A DNA stretch of 64,000 nucleotides from the IMG/VR virus record IMGVR_UViG_3300046170_000524, one strand, 5' to 3'. Both the position numbers and the translations under genes were made by a program. The stretch comes from a virus. Position 1 is the stretch's first letter. The number at the start of each line of letters is the position of its first letter. Shown piece after piece: positions 40,853 to 51,318 of the stretch. Under the pieces are notes generated by a model. The model did no database searches and had not been told where the DNA came from. It was given only the letters and a program-made list of their open reading frames with translations.

Positions 40853-41439
40853 ATAGTGGACTTGATATTATAAGCGTGCTAACAGGTGTTGTTTCTGCGG
40901 CGACAGCTGTTATTGGAATGTGGTTGAAAATAAAATACGATGAAAAGAAAAGTAAGGAATTAAATTATGACCCTTCGGCGCATGGAAATATTATTTCTGC
41001 ACTTAATTTTGTTATGGAAAAAACAGAGGCTGATAGGGTTTACATTATGGAATTTCATAATGGGGAACATTACTTTTCTGGGAGGAGTCAACAAAAACTA
41101 AGCTGTACATACGAAGTGATTAGCGAAGGAATAAGCTCTGAATGCCAAACTATGCAAAACATAAGAGTTTCGAATCTTCACGGATTAACAAAATCGATTG
41201 CCGCCGAAAAAACTTTTATATGTAAAGATGTAGAAAATTATGGAGAGGATATAGGCTTTAAATCTTTCTTGCAAGAAAAAGGTGTTAAAAGTTTATTTGC
41301 TCGACCTATTAAAACTTTAAATGGAAAAATACTGGGAACTATTTGCCTTGAGTACGTCAAAGAGAAAAGAGAATGGGGAGTTGATGCAGAGGAGTTTACA
41401 AAAAAACAGAGTGTAGTTATTGCAGGTTATTTGATATAA
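40849..41439 (+). CDS. N-terminal TM plus GAF-domain protein
   Basis: ADRVYIMEFHNG...TYEV...LFARPIKTLNGKILGTICLEY GAF pattern. Confidence 0.6.
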   Translation: MNSGLDIISVLTGVVSAATAVIGMWLKIKYDEKKSKELNYDPSAHGNIISALNFVMEKTEADRVYIMEFHNGEHYFSGRSQQKLSCTYEVISEGISSECQTMQNIRVSNLHGLTKSIAAEKTFICKDVENYGEDIGFKSFLQEKGVKSLFARPIKTLNGKILGTICLEYVKEKREWGVDAEEFTKKQSVVIAGYLI

Positions 41440-41466
41440 TTAATTTTTTAGCTATAATATATTATT

Positions 41467-41814
41467 ATGGCTTTTTCGTACTGTCCTCATTGTGGATTTA
41501 AAAATATGTACTCTATGCAGGCACCAAAATTTTGTGGTGGATGTGGAGAGGGTTTAAGTATATTATCTGCAGCAAAAACAAAAGCTGCTGACTCACGCAG
41601 ATCAACTAAAAAAATAGTTGAAACTATAGATGACCCTGATGGTGTGGATATTTATGAGGTTCCGAATATTTCAAAATTATCATATAGTGTCGAAAGTGAT
41701 AAAAATAAATTTAACTTAAAGGACTTGATTCCGCTAGAAGTTTTAGAAAAGTTTCAGGAAGAAGATGAGCCTATAAAGAAAACAAAAAAACGTGGTAAAC
41801 CAAGAAAATCCTAA
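41467..41814 (+). CDS. Zinc-ribbon protein
   Basis: CPHCG...FCGGCG. Confidence 0.7.
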   Translation: MAFSYCPHCGFKNMYSMQAPKFCGGCGEGLSILSAAKTKAADSRRSTKKIVETIDDPDGVDIYEVPNISKLSYSVESDKNKFNLKDLIPLEVLEKFQEEDEPIKKTKKRGKPRKS

Positions 41815-42535
41815 GTTTACCTACGAAGATAAATCTGACGAAATTGATTTAGAAGTCAGAAAAAGAAAGGGTAAGTGGTTTTTAGATTCTTTGGCTTGGT
41901 TTGATTTTGAAGATGTTGAGCAAATTATAAAAGCGCATATCCATAAAAAATGGCATCAATGGGACCAGTCTAGGTCTTTAAAACCATGGATAAATAAAAT
42001 AATTACAAATCAGATGAAAAATATTTTGCGAAATAACTATAGTAATTTTGTTAGGCCTTGCTTGAATTGCCCATTTAATCAATCTTGCGCCGCAAAAGAC
42101 GGTGGAGAATCTTCTCTTTGCGGTTTCACAAAAAGCGGATTGCAGGATTCTACTTGTCCGTTGTATGCAAAATGGGAGAGAACTAAAAAACCAGCGTATG
42201 GAATAAAAATGGCTCTCGCTCTTGAAAATCATAGCTACGAAGTATCGGCTATGCAAGATCAAAATTTTGATTTAATGGAAGCTCAGAAAAAATTAAATGA
42301 GCACATGAAGAATGAATTATCTCAAAAGCAATATCAAGTCTACGACCTGCTTTTTGTTCAACATTTAGATGAAGAAGATGTAGCAAGAAAAATGGGTTAT
42401 AAGACTACCGAAAAAGGAAGAAAGGCAGGGTATAAACAAATTAAAAATCTCAAAAAAATATTCAAGCAAAAAGCTCAAGACATACTAAAAAGAGAAGATA
42501 TTATTTCTGTTGGATCAACAATATTATGGAGTTAG
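41792..42535 (+). CDS. Phage RNA polymerase sigma factor (sigma70/ECF-like) with Cys-rich insert
   Basis: Region 2 DVEQ...KKWHQWDQSRSLKPWINKIITNQMKNILR; region 4 LSQKQYQVY.L...EDVARKMG; CLNC...C...C...C between. Confidence 0.7.
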   Translation: MVNQENPKFTYEDKSDEIDLEVRKRKGKWFLDSLAWFDFEDVEQIIKAHIHKKWHQWDQSRSLKPWINKIITNQMKNILRNNYSNFVRPCLNCPFNQSCAAKDGGESSLCGFTKSGLQDSTCPLYAKWERTKKPAYGIKMALALENHSYEVSAMQDQNFDLMEAQKKLNEHMKNELSQKQYQVYDLLFVQHLDEEDVARKMGYKTTEKGRKAGYKQIKNLKKIFKQKAQDILKREDIISVGSTILWS

Positions 42536-43578
42536 ACGAAGACCAAAAAAACATAATCAGAGATAATTCTGCGGAAATCACAGACCTAACGGAATTAACA
42601 AGATTGGTTTTTCCTGATGCCAAAAAAATAGATGGAAGAAGCAAGCAAGGCAGAGCTGTGAGGGAGTTTTTATTAAGTAATAAAATTGATTACCAAACAA
42701 AACATTTTCAACCAAAAGATGATATTCAGTTAACTGAAGAGCAGAAAGATTTTGTAGACAAATCTATCCAAGATGGGATGACTTGCGCACAAACAGCTAC
42801 AGTTCTTTTTCCTGAAGTCAGAGTTACTCAAGCAACTAAGGAATATCAAGCCGTATTTGAATACGTCGACTCTAACGAAAAAATTAAGACGCCAGCATCG
42901 GAAGACGCTATAAATCGACGTTATTTTCCACCTAAAGCGGCGAGTAAAATAATAAAAAAAATAAACGACTCAGCTCAGACAAATGTTAATGAAGACAAAC
43001 TAACAATGAGTGAAAGGAAAAGTGTTGAATCTCTGGGAGCGTTTCTTGCTTCTCCTAGGTTTATTCAGGTTATAAATACTTATGACGCGCAGGCAGATAG
43101 AGATTTATTTGAAGCTGAATTTGTTCGAGCAACATGGGATAAACCAGATCTTACGAGTGATGAAATTAATTTATACATTAATGTTTGCATGGATTATATA
43201 CATTTAAAAAACATTCAAAGCGCAATTAATAAACTAAATAGAATGTTCGACGAAGCAGAAGATCAGCAAGATTTAACTGTAAGATTGGCAGAATTGCTAA
43301 AGACAAAAAGCGAAGAATATAATCAATGCGAAAAAAGAATGGAATCTCTGATCCAGAAATTGCAGGGAGATCGATCAAAAAGAATATCTTCAAAACAACA
43401 ACAAAATGCTAATATCTTGGCTTTGGTTCAGCTATTTCAAGAAGAAGAAGAAAGGGGCGTGATGTTGAAAATAGCAGAGCTACAGAAACAGGCGGCAAGT
43501 AAGGAGGCTGACAGATTAGAATCCATGCCGGATTGGAAGGCAAGAGTACTCGGAATTTCAAAAGAAGATGTCGTCTAA
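42526..43578 (+). CDS. Hypothetical protein (C-terminal coiled coil; possible terminase small subunit)
   Basis: 350 aa helical ORF two genes upstream of TerL; role inferred from position. Confidence 0.4.
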   Translation: MELDEDQKNIIRDNSAEITDLTELTRLVFPDAKKIDGRSKQGRAVREFLLSNKIDYQTKHFQPKDDIQLTEEQKDFVDKSIQDGMTCAQTATVLFPEVRVTQATKEYQAVFEYVDSNEKIKTPASEDAINRRYFPPKAASKIIKKINDSAQTNVNEDKLTMSERKSVESLGAFLASPRFIQVINTYDAQADRDLFEAEFVRATWDKPDLTSDEINLYINVCMDYIHLKNIQSAINKLNRMFDEAEDQQDLTVRLAELLKTKSEEYNQCEKRMESLIQKLQGDRSKRISSKQQQNANILALVQLFQEEEERGVMLKIAELQKQAASKEADRLESMPDWKARVLGISKEDVV

Positions 43579-44506
43579 TATTTGTAAGATTTGCTCTCTT
43601 GAGTTTGAGAGCGAAAAGAAACTTCATATGCACTTGAGGTCTCACAAGATTACTTTGGCGGAATATTACTTAAAGTATTACCCCAGGTATAATTTATATT
43701 TACAATCTATAGGCAAAGAAGAGCTTCTCCCTTTTAAAAACAAAGAGCAATATTTTTCTAAAGATTTCTCCACAAGAGAACAACTTTTAAAATGGTGTGA
43801 AAGTGAGTCTGCAGAAATTGTTAAGCCATATATATTAAGATTGCTAAAAAAAAGAATAGAGGGGAAAGATTTAAACTTCGCTCCCTCTCATCTAGAGTTG
43901 GCGGTGAATGAAATGCCAACTATCGAGCTTTATCAAAAACATTTTGGGTCATATTCATCCGCTTGCAATGAAGTTGGAGCGAAGCCAATGTTTGGATCTA
44001 AATTACCAAATGAGTGGACTAAGGATGTAGACCCTACGATAAAAATATTTATTGATACAAGAGAACAGCAGCCTTTGACTTTTCCTAATTCGGAATTATT
44101 AAAATTGGATTTCGGAGATTACGCAGTTGGAGGAAAACATTATGACTATACTTATGTAGACCGCAAAGGCGAGCAAGATTTTAAGTCAACATTAAGCAAA
44201 AATAACCTGGAAAGATTTAAATATGAGTTGGAGAGAACCAAGAATTTAGATTCATATTTATTTATTGTAACGGAAGGTAGTATATCTAGTATAGAAAAAA
44301 ATAATCGTTGGGCGCCTCATATGTCTAACATGAAATACATTTACCATAACATGAGAGTATTAGCTCATGAATTCGCAGGTAGCTGCCAATTTATTTTCAC
44401 TGGGAGCAGAGAAGAATCAGAAAGAATTATTCCAAAGATATTAACGTTAGGAAAAAAGCTTTGGGGCGTTGATTTGCAGTATTACATAGATAATAATTTA
44501 ATATAA
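43568..44506 (+). CDS. C2H2 zinc finger plus ERCC4/XPF-type nuclease
   Basis: CKIC...HLRSH; IDTREQ, GDY, DRKGEQDF. Confidence 0.75.
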   Translation: MSSNICKICSLEFESEKKLHMHLRSHKITLAEYYLKYYPRYNLYLQSIGKEELLPFKNKEQYFSKDFSTREQLLKWCESESAEIVKPYILRLLKKRIEGKDLNFAPSHLELAVNEMPTIELYQKHFGSYSSACNEVGAKPMFGSKLPNEWTKDVDPTIKIFIDTREQQPLTFPNSELLKLDFGDYAVGGKHYDYTYVDRKGEQDFKSTLSKNNLERFKYELERTKNLDSYLFIVTEGSISSIEKNNRWAPHMSNMKYIYHNMRVLAHEFAGSCQFIFTGSREESERIIPKILTLGKKLWGVDLQYYIDNNLI

Positions 44507-46377
44507 TGGCGTGGGAAACAGGAAATCAATTATCTAGAAATTCAGAAATGAGCTTCAACGAGCAACTTGAAGAAATTAAAGGTTTCATCGAAGAGAAGGA
44601 AGCTAAAATTTTATTGTATAAATTTCTTAGAGAAAATATCACATTTACCGCTGACTTAGTTAGCGGCGTTCAGCTATTCCCTTTTCAGCACATGGCGATT
44701 AAAGCTATGTTCAGCACAGATTACTTTATGGGAGTTTGGTCTCGAGGAATGAGTAAATCTTTTACTACTGCAATATACGCTTATCTAGATGCAATATTAA
44801 ATCAAGGTGTTGAGATTGGTATATTATCTAAGTCTTTTCGTCAAGCAAAAATGATCTTTAAAAAAATTGAAGACATTGCTTCAAAACCTGGTGCGACTTA
44901 TCTAGCGCAATGCATATCTCATAAATCAAAAAGCAATGACGAATGGTTGCTTGAAATAGGTAGCAGTAGAATACGCGCATTACCTCTCGGAGATGGAGAA
45001 AAGTTACGGGGATTTCGTTTTCACAGAATTATTATTGATGAGTTTGCTTTGATGCCCGAAAGGATTTATAATGAGGTCATCATACCTTTTCTTAGTGTTG
45101 TTGAGAATCCAACTCAGCGAGAAGAGCTTTACAATCTAGAGACAAATTTAATCCAAAAAGGAGAAATGTCTGAAGACGATAGGCATGTTTGGAGAAACAA
45201 TAAATTAATTGCACTAAGCTCTGCAAGTTATAAATTCGAATACATGTATAAAGCTTACGAGCAATTCGAAGAGTTAATAATGGCTGGCAGCACAAAACAA
45301 AGTGACGCTCATAGAGTAATAATGCAGTTTAGTTATGATTGCGCCCCAAAACAGTTGTACGATCAAAATCTTCTAGATCAAGCTAAATCCACAATGAGTC
45401 AAAGCCAGTTCGATCGGGAGTTTGGTTCTATATTCACAGATGATAGTAGTGGGTATTTTAAAACCTCTAAAATGGCATCTTGCACACTTAAAGATGGGGA
45501 AAACCCTCATATAGAAGTTTGTGGAGAAGTTGGTGCAAAATATATATTGGCATTTGATCCAAGTTGGGCGGAGAGTGAGAGCAGTGACGACTTTGCGATG
45601 ATGGTATTCAAATTAAATGATGATAAAAAAATTGGCACTGTAGTTCATAGCTATGCATTATCTGGAACAAACTTAAAACAACATATATTTTATTTTTATT
45701 ATTTGCTAACTCATTTTAATATTGTATCTATTGTAGGAGATTATAATGGAGGAGTTCAGTTTATAAATGCATGCAATGAAAGTTCATTATTTAAAAAGAA
45801 TAAATTAAATATTGGATGTATGAATACAAACTTTGATGATATAGAACATTATCAACAAAAATTAATAGAAGGAAAAAAGGAATACAATTTACAGGATAAG
45901 ACGATTTGTTATCTGCGCAAACCTACAAGCCAATGGATTAGATTAGCAAATGAATTACTTCAAGCAAATTTTGATCACCATAGAATATATTTCGCGAGCA
46001 GGGCAATAGATGATGCATATAACGAACAAAGAAATAAAAAAATACCTATACAAGATATTAAATTCTTAAGAACTTCTCAAAGCTTAGAGAGGCAAACTAA
46101 CGCTGCAAAAATGATTGATTTCGTAGAGCATCAATTTGACATGATGAACTTAATTAAAACGCAATGCTCCCTTATTCAAATATCGACTTCTGCAGGAGGA
46201 ACACAAACTTTCGATTTGCCATCGAGCTTAAAAAGACAAACAGGTCCAGAGAAAGCCAGAAAAGATTCTTATTCTGCATTAGTTCTTGGAAATTGGATGA
46301 TTAAGCTTTATTATGATATGATGAATGTTAAGGCGGAAAATGTGAATTATACTTTTACTCCCATGTTTATAAACTAG
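44506..46377 (+). CDS. terL: Terminase large subunit
   Basis: SRGMSKS Walker A, RGFRFHRIIIDE Walker B, LAFDP...DDFA and KDSYSAL RNase H-like motifs. Confidence 0.9.
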   Translation: MAWETGNQLSRNSEMSFNEQLEEIKGFIEEKEAKILLYKFLRENITFTADLVSGVQLFPFQHMAIKAMFSTDYFMGVWSRGMSKSFTTAIYAYLDAILNQGVEIGILSKSFRQAKMIFKKIEDIASKPGATYLAQCISHKSKSNDEWLLEIGSSRIRALPLGDGEKLRGFRFHRIIIDEFALMPERIYNEVIIPFLSVVENPTQREELYNLETNLIQKGEMSEDDRHVWRNNKLIALSSASYKFEYMYKAYEQFEELIMAGSTKQSDAHRVIMQFSYDCAPKQLYDQNLLDQAKSTMSQSQFDREFGSIFTDDSSGYFKTSKMASCTLKDGENPHIEVCGEVGAKYILAFDPSWAESESSDDFAMMVFKLNDDKKIGTVVHSYALSGTNLKQHIFYFYYLLTHFNIVSIVGDYNGGVQFINACNESSLFKKNKLNIGCMNTNFDDIEHYQQKLIEGKKEYNLQDKTICYLRKPTSQWIRLANELLQANFDHHRIYFASRAIDDAYNEQRNKKIPIQDIKFLRTSQSLERQTNAAKMIDFVEHQFDMMNLIKTQCSLIQISTSAGGTQTFDLPSSLKRQTGPEKARKDSYSALVLGNWMIKLYYDMMNVKAENVNYTFTPMFIN

Positions 46378-46394
46378 GTGTACCTTTTACGTAA

Positions 46395-48002
46395 ATGTCT
46401 AAAAAATATAAATATACAACAACTTTTGATAGTGTAGTTTTTGCTTCTAGTGATATTGAAGAATCTAATATAAGCAAAGCTTCACTTGAGTCACTTAGGC
46501 CCCTAATTCCAAAAGACATTAATTTAGATAGAAACATTGATCTTCTTGGTGTTGCGTTTAATGCGGCTGTAGTTAATAAATTTAATAAAAATGGAGATGG
46601 TATTGATAGCGAGGCGGCTGTAGCCATTAAGGATTATTTCGTTCATAAGCCAACAAACATTGAGCACGATAGAGACAAAATAGTTGGACATATTGTTTCT
46701 GCAGGTTTTTCAAGATATGATGACTCATCCAAACTTATGTCAGAAGAGGAGGCTTTGATTGAAGATAATGCGTACAATATTGCTCTCGCTGCTGTGATTT
46801 ATAAAACAGCAAGTAAAGAGTTTGCAGATCTAGTTGTAAACTCAACCGATGAAGAGAGTGATTATCACGCAACCGTTTCAGCTAGTTGGGAAGTTGGATT
46901 TAATGAATATGTAATTTCTGTTGGCGGAGACGATCTATATGGATCTACTATTATATCAGACCCTCAAGAAATTAAAGCTTACTCTCCTTATTTAAAATCT
47001 TTAGGCGGAAAAGGAGTATTGAAAGACGGCAGAAAGGTTAATCGATTAATTATTGGAGACATTTACCCTCTTGGCATTGGATTCACATCTAACCCTGCTG
47101 CAGACGTAAAAGGTCTTATTGCAGAAAAGGGTGATGCACCTGAAGTTAAGCAAAACAGAAATGAACCAATTAATCAATTAATCACAAAAACCGAAAAAAC
47201 TTCCCATTCCGCAGAAGAAAATGTACTAAACAAAGAAACCAATCATAATACCATTATGGACAAAGATACAATCATAAATGAATTCCGAGCAGCTTTAGAC
47301 GAAAAGCTTGGCAACCAAGATTTCTCTGAAGAAAGCGTCGCCAGCATCTCCAAGGTGTTTATCGAGGCTATCCGCGAGAAAGGCGAACAGTATGTCGCTG
47401 ATCTTGAAAAAGCTAAAGCTGAAAAAGAAGAAGCTGTTCAGGCTCAAAATTCTCTTCAAGAGAAAATGGGAGAAGTAGAGCAGCAATTACAATCCACTCA
47501 AGAAAAACTTGCAGTCCTCGAAGAAGAGAATTCTGCTCGTGAAGCAGAAGTTCGTTTTAATTCTCGCATGGAGGCGCTAAACGAAATTTATGAACTTGAC
47601 GAAGACGATTCTAAAATCGTAGCTTCTGAGCTTGCAAGCTTAGACGAAACTGAAGAAAGTTTTGCCGGGTATCAAGAAAAATTAGCTAAAGTTTGGAAAC
47701 ATAAAAATAAAGAATTTATCGCCGCTGAACAAAAAGCGTTTGAAAATCGCGTGACTCAAGAAGTTGAAAAACGTTTATCTCAAACCGCGGAAGCTTCAGA
47801 TAATAGCGAAAAAGTTGAGGTTTCAGAAGCGTCAGAAACTGAAGAGGAAGTAGAAGAAAGTGATGAAGTCGCTGAAGCTCTTGATTCTCTTGAGGTTGAA
47901 GAAGCAGCTGTTATCAATAACAACGAAAGTTCTTCAGAGGGAGATTCTCTTCGCGATCGTTTCGCAAAGACCTTTAAAGAATCTGTTAAAATTTCATATT
48001 AA
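46395..48002 (+). CDS. Prohead protease fused to acidic coiled-coil scaffold
   Basis: NKNGD, KPTNIEH, SASWEV protease-like motifs; long E/A/K-rich C-terminal half; position between TerL and MCP. Confidence 0.65.
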   Translation: MSKKYKYTTTFDSVVFASSDIEESNISKASLESLRPLIPKDINLDRNIDLLGVAFNAAVVNKFNKNGDGIDSEAAVAIKDYFVHKPTNIEHDRDKIVGHIVSAGFSRYDDSSKLMSEEEALIEDNAYNIALAAVIYKTASKEFADLVVNSTDEESDYHATVSASWEVGFNEYVISVGGDDLYGSTIISDPQEIKAYSPYLKSLGGKGVLKDGRKVNRLIIGDIYPLGIGFTSNPAADVKGLIAEKGDAPEVKQNRNEPINQLITKTEKTSHSAEENVLNKETNHNTIMDKDTIINEFRAALDEKLGNQDFSEESVASISKVFIEAIREKGEQYVADLEKAKAEKEEAVQAQNSLQEKMGEVEQQLQSTQEKLAVLEEENSAREAEVRFNSRMEALNEIYELDEDDSKIVASELASLDETEESFAGYQEKLAKVWKHKNKEFIAAEQKAFENRVTQEVEKRLSQTAEASDNSEKVEVSEASETEEEVEESDEVAEALDSLEVEEAAVINNNESSSEGDSLRDRFAKTFKESVKISY

Positions 48003-48021
48003 TAATATAGGAAAATAAATT

Positions 48022-48642
48022 ATGGCAAAAAGAATACTACCATACCGAGACTACAGTGAGCATGATGTCCTTAATATGTTCGCACTTGAAATTGGCAGCG
48101 GAGACGATTTATCTACATTCGTCTCTAATGGCGGTGGAAAGTTCGACGCAGGCGTTGTTGTTTCTGTAAGCGCGGGAGCTCTACCTGGTGAGGTTTCCGA
48201 ATTGCGTGCATCAACTCCAGATAATCTTCGTGATTATCTTGGCGCTAGTTTTAGTGGTGCGCATATTGGATTCAACGGATACCCCGCTAACGGTATGACC
48301 GTTGCTCCTGCTGCAGCTGGCAGTCGTGGACTTGGAATCACTCTTCGTGAAACCTTGGCTTTCGACGAGAATGGAGAAAAATTACTCTATTACAAACAAA
48401 AACTTGATGAAGCCCAAGCAGTGCTTCCCGGTCAAACAGTTCCTGTTTTGACTCGAGGATTAGTTCTTCTTGCTGCTAGTGCAATTAGTGGAACTCCATC
48501 TGTTGGAGACGATCTTGAGGTTAAATCTGGCGGTAAATTAGGAACACAAGCTTCTGGTTCAGTAGTAGGTTCTGTAATCGCTATTGGAGAAGAAAGCAAT
48601 GATTCATCTGCAAAGAAATATCTCTGCAAAGTCAGCTTCTAA
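48022..48642 (+). CDS. Capsid decoration/cement-like protein
   Basis: G/A/V-rich beta protein immediately before MCP. Confidence 0.55.
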   Translation: MAKRILPYRDYSEHDVLNMFALEIGSGDDLSTFVSNGGGKFDAGVVVSVSAGALPGEVSELRASTPDNLRDYLGASFSGAHIGFNGYPANGMTVAPAAAGSRGLGITLRETLAFDENGEKLLYYKQKLDEAQAVLPGQTVPVLTRGLVLLAASAISGTPSVGDDLEVKSGGKLGTQASGSVVGSVIAIGEESNDSSAKKYLCKVSF

Positions 48643-48660
48643 GAAAGGAATTAAAGAATA

Positions 48661-49779
48661 ATGAAAATTACTTTAGAAAGAACACCCGAGCAAGTCGAGC
48701 TTATTAAAGCTATGGCTTCGAAAAATAGAGATGTCGCTTATGAAGCTCAAACCGCTCTTGCTGAATTTATCGGTCCAGTATTAGCGGAAGTTGTTAATGC
48801 TGCTCCTACAGTCAGCAATATGTTTAATTCTCTTCAATTTAATTCTGATGAGAGTCCAAGTATTCCTTTGGATCTTTATCATGATATTACTGACGAAGAT
48901 TACATTCAAGTTTGGAGTCAATCCGTTCCCGGAGGCCTTCCAACCAATCAAGTCGCTCCTTCACAAAGTGAGCTTAAGTTTACGACTTATACTCTCGACA
49001 GTGCATTGAGTTTCGATAAGCGTTACGCTTCTCGTTCAAGGCTTGACGTTGTAAGTAAAACATTTACTCGCATGGCGCAAGAAATTCTTCTTAAACAAGA
49101 AAAAACTTCTGCCACCATGATTATGACCGCATTGGCCAACGCCGAAACAAATAGCGAAAAGCATGTTATTCGTTCTGCTCAAGCAAATCGTTTCTTACTT
49201 TCTGACCTTAATAAATTATTTACTAAGGCAAAAAGAATCAACGCAGCTTGGACTGGCGGAACTCCTGCTGAGCGTCGTGGACGCGGAATCACAGATCTTC
49301 TTGTTTCTCCTGAAATCGTAGAGGAAATTCGTGGCTTAGCTTATAATCCGATCAACACTAAAGGTGACAACACTGATATCGCTGGTACAGACAGCATGCG
49401 TGACGCTATCTTTAACAGCGCTGGTATTCCTGAATTCTATGGCGTATCTATCCAAGAGTATAACGAAATGGGTGATGGGCAAAAATGGAATTCTGTTTTT
49501 GATACAGCTGCTGGAAACACCGATTATGGAGATCATTATGCAGTAAGCGCTAGCAAGAGTAGTTTTGACGGCGCAAGCGAACAAATCCTTGTTGGAGTTG
49601 ATCTTAGTCGTGAATCTATGATTCGCGCAGTAGCAACTGATTCCGAGTCTGGAGACGAGTTCTCTCTCGTTGCAGATGACCAATTCGTAACACGTCAATC
49701 AAAAATTGGTTACTACGGCTCTCTTGAAGAAGGTCGTATGATCATCGATGACCGCGTGTTGATGGGTCTTATCGTTTAA
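48661..49779 (+). CDS. Major capsid protein
   Basis: 372 aa, SD upstream, highly-expressed codon bias, strong terminator after, HK97-like position. Confidence 0.75.
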   Translation: MKITLERTPEQVELIKAMASKNRDVAYEAQTALAEFIGPVLAEVVNAAPTVSNMFNSLQFNSDESPSIPLDLYHDITDEDYIQVWSQSVPGGLPTNQVAPSQSELKFTTYTLDSALSFDKRYASRSRLDVVSKTFTRMAQEILLKQEKTSATMIMTALANAETNSEKHVIRSAQANRFLLSDLNKLFTKAKRINAAWTGGTPAERRGRGITDLLVSPEIVEEIRGLAYNPINTKGDNTDIAGTDSMRDAIFNSAGIPEFYGVSIQEYNEMGDGQKWNSVFDTAAGNTDYGDHYAVSASKSSFDGASEQILVGVDLSRESMIRAVATDSESGDEFSLVADDQFVTRQSKIGYYGSLEEGRMIIDDRVLMGLIV

Positions 49780-49807
49780 TTCTAAACGAATTAGCGTTTT
49801 ATAAAAG

Positions 49808-49838
49808 ATCCACCTCAGGCAACTGGGGTGGATTTTTT
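49808..49838 (+). terminator. Intrinsic terminator
   Basis: ATCCACCTCAG-GCAA-CTGGGGTGGAT plus T-run. Confidence 0.9.
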
Positions 49839-49893
49839 ATTTAAATTCTTTATAATAATGTGTACAAATATATCAAGGTAAAAGGTTATCACT

Positions 49894-51318
49894 ATGGCAA
49901 ATAAAAAACAATCGAGTAAAGCTAAATCTTCCAAGAAAAAATTAGCAGATTTAGAGCAAACAAATGGCAAGGTATATGAAGATAAAGTGGCTCGCGCAAA
50001 AGAGCTTGAAGATCTTCTAGGAATACCTAAGATTAACCCTTTCAAAACTAATGACAAAAGAGTCTTTCAGGAAATGCTTCAAGATATGAATTTAACAGAC
50101 CTACAAGCCTTTGCCGTTAAGGTTGGAGTTTTTCCTTCTGGCAATAAAACCGTATTGAAAAATAAAATTAAGAGAGCATTTGATTCAAGCTTGTATGGAA
50201 AAGGCAGTGTTCAAATTATGGGTGAACCAATGAAGCTTGACCCTAAAAATCCTACTCATAAAGAAGTCATTGATTATTTAAACAATTAACATGTCCCACG
50301 ATTTATTTCCAGATACAAATCTAGGTAAACTAGCAGTTAATATTTACGATCAAGATATTGGCGATCAAGAGCATGGAGAAGCAAGGAATAAAGAAATCAC
50401 ATTAATATCTGGCTGGATAGAAGGGCATTTAGGCGAATTAAATAACTTAATCTATACTTCTTTTAGTGGAGATAATCCAGAAGGCTTTAATTTGGAGGAA
50501 CAATCGATTATAAGAGAAATGTATATATCTGATTATAATCGAAAAGCTCAGAGAAAAGTTTTAAATGGATCAATGAACGGTTCTGATTTCCTTGTGATAA
50601 AAGAAGGTGACTCAATGATACAAAAACCTAATCAGAATTTAATAGCTAAAAGCTATCAAGACGCATATGATTCATCTCAAGACAGATTGAAAGATTTGAT
50701 TTATTCTTATAATCTATACAGCGCGAAGCCAAATCAAGTTTATGGTGCGGACGCTCCATCTACTGGGCAAAATCCTTCCTTAGATTCATATTATAAATAA
50801 AAGGTGTAACAAAATATATGGACAATATATCCGAAAGCAATAATTCTAATAAAATAGTTAAATCCCAATTATTTCATATCTGGAAAAAATCAAGATTAAT
50901 GTATGATATGGTTAAGGACGAAACTGTATTAGAAGACTGGGTTAAGAAAAGTATTTTTGAAGCTTACGAAAACATAGACCAAGCTCTACAATACGCTGAG
51001 TACGAAAAAATATTTCCAAATCAGAAAGAGCAGGGGGAAGTCGGCGATAAAGAGAAAAATAATTATCTTAGTAATCAAGATAAGCGTTATCCGACTCCCG
51101 CTTCTCAAGAAACTGGGGATCAATTTATGACAAGATGCATTCTCGACGCAAATATGAAAAAAAGATACCCTGTTCAGGGAGATAGGTTTGCGGCGTGCAT
51201 GTCTATTTTTAATGATAAGAAAGATGAAGGATCCACAAATCCTGGAGAGAAATTTGAAGACCCGATGGAAGTTAAGGATAAGGAAGAAATTAATCCTGTT
51301 AAACCTTTGCTTCCGTAA
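49894..51318 (+). other. Three head-associated hypothetical CDS (49894-50289, 50291-50800, 50818-51318)
   Basis: Follow MCP; 49894 and 50818 are preceded by GTGTA. Confidence 0.6.
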
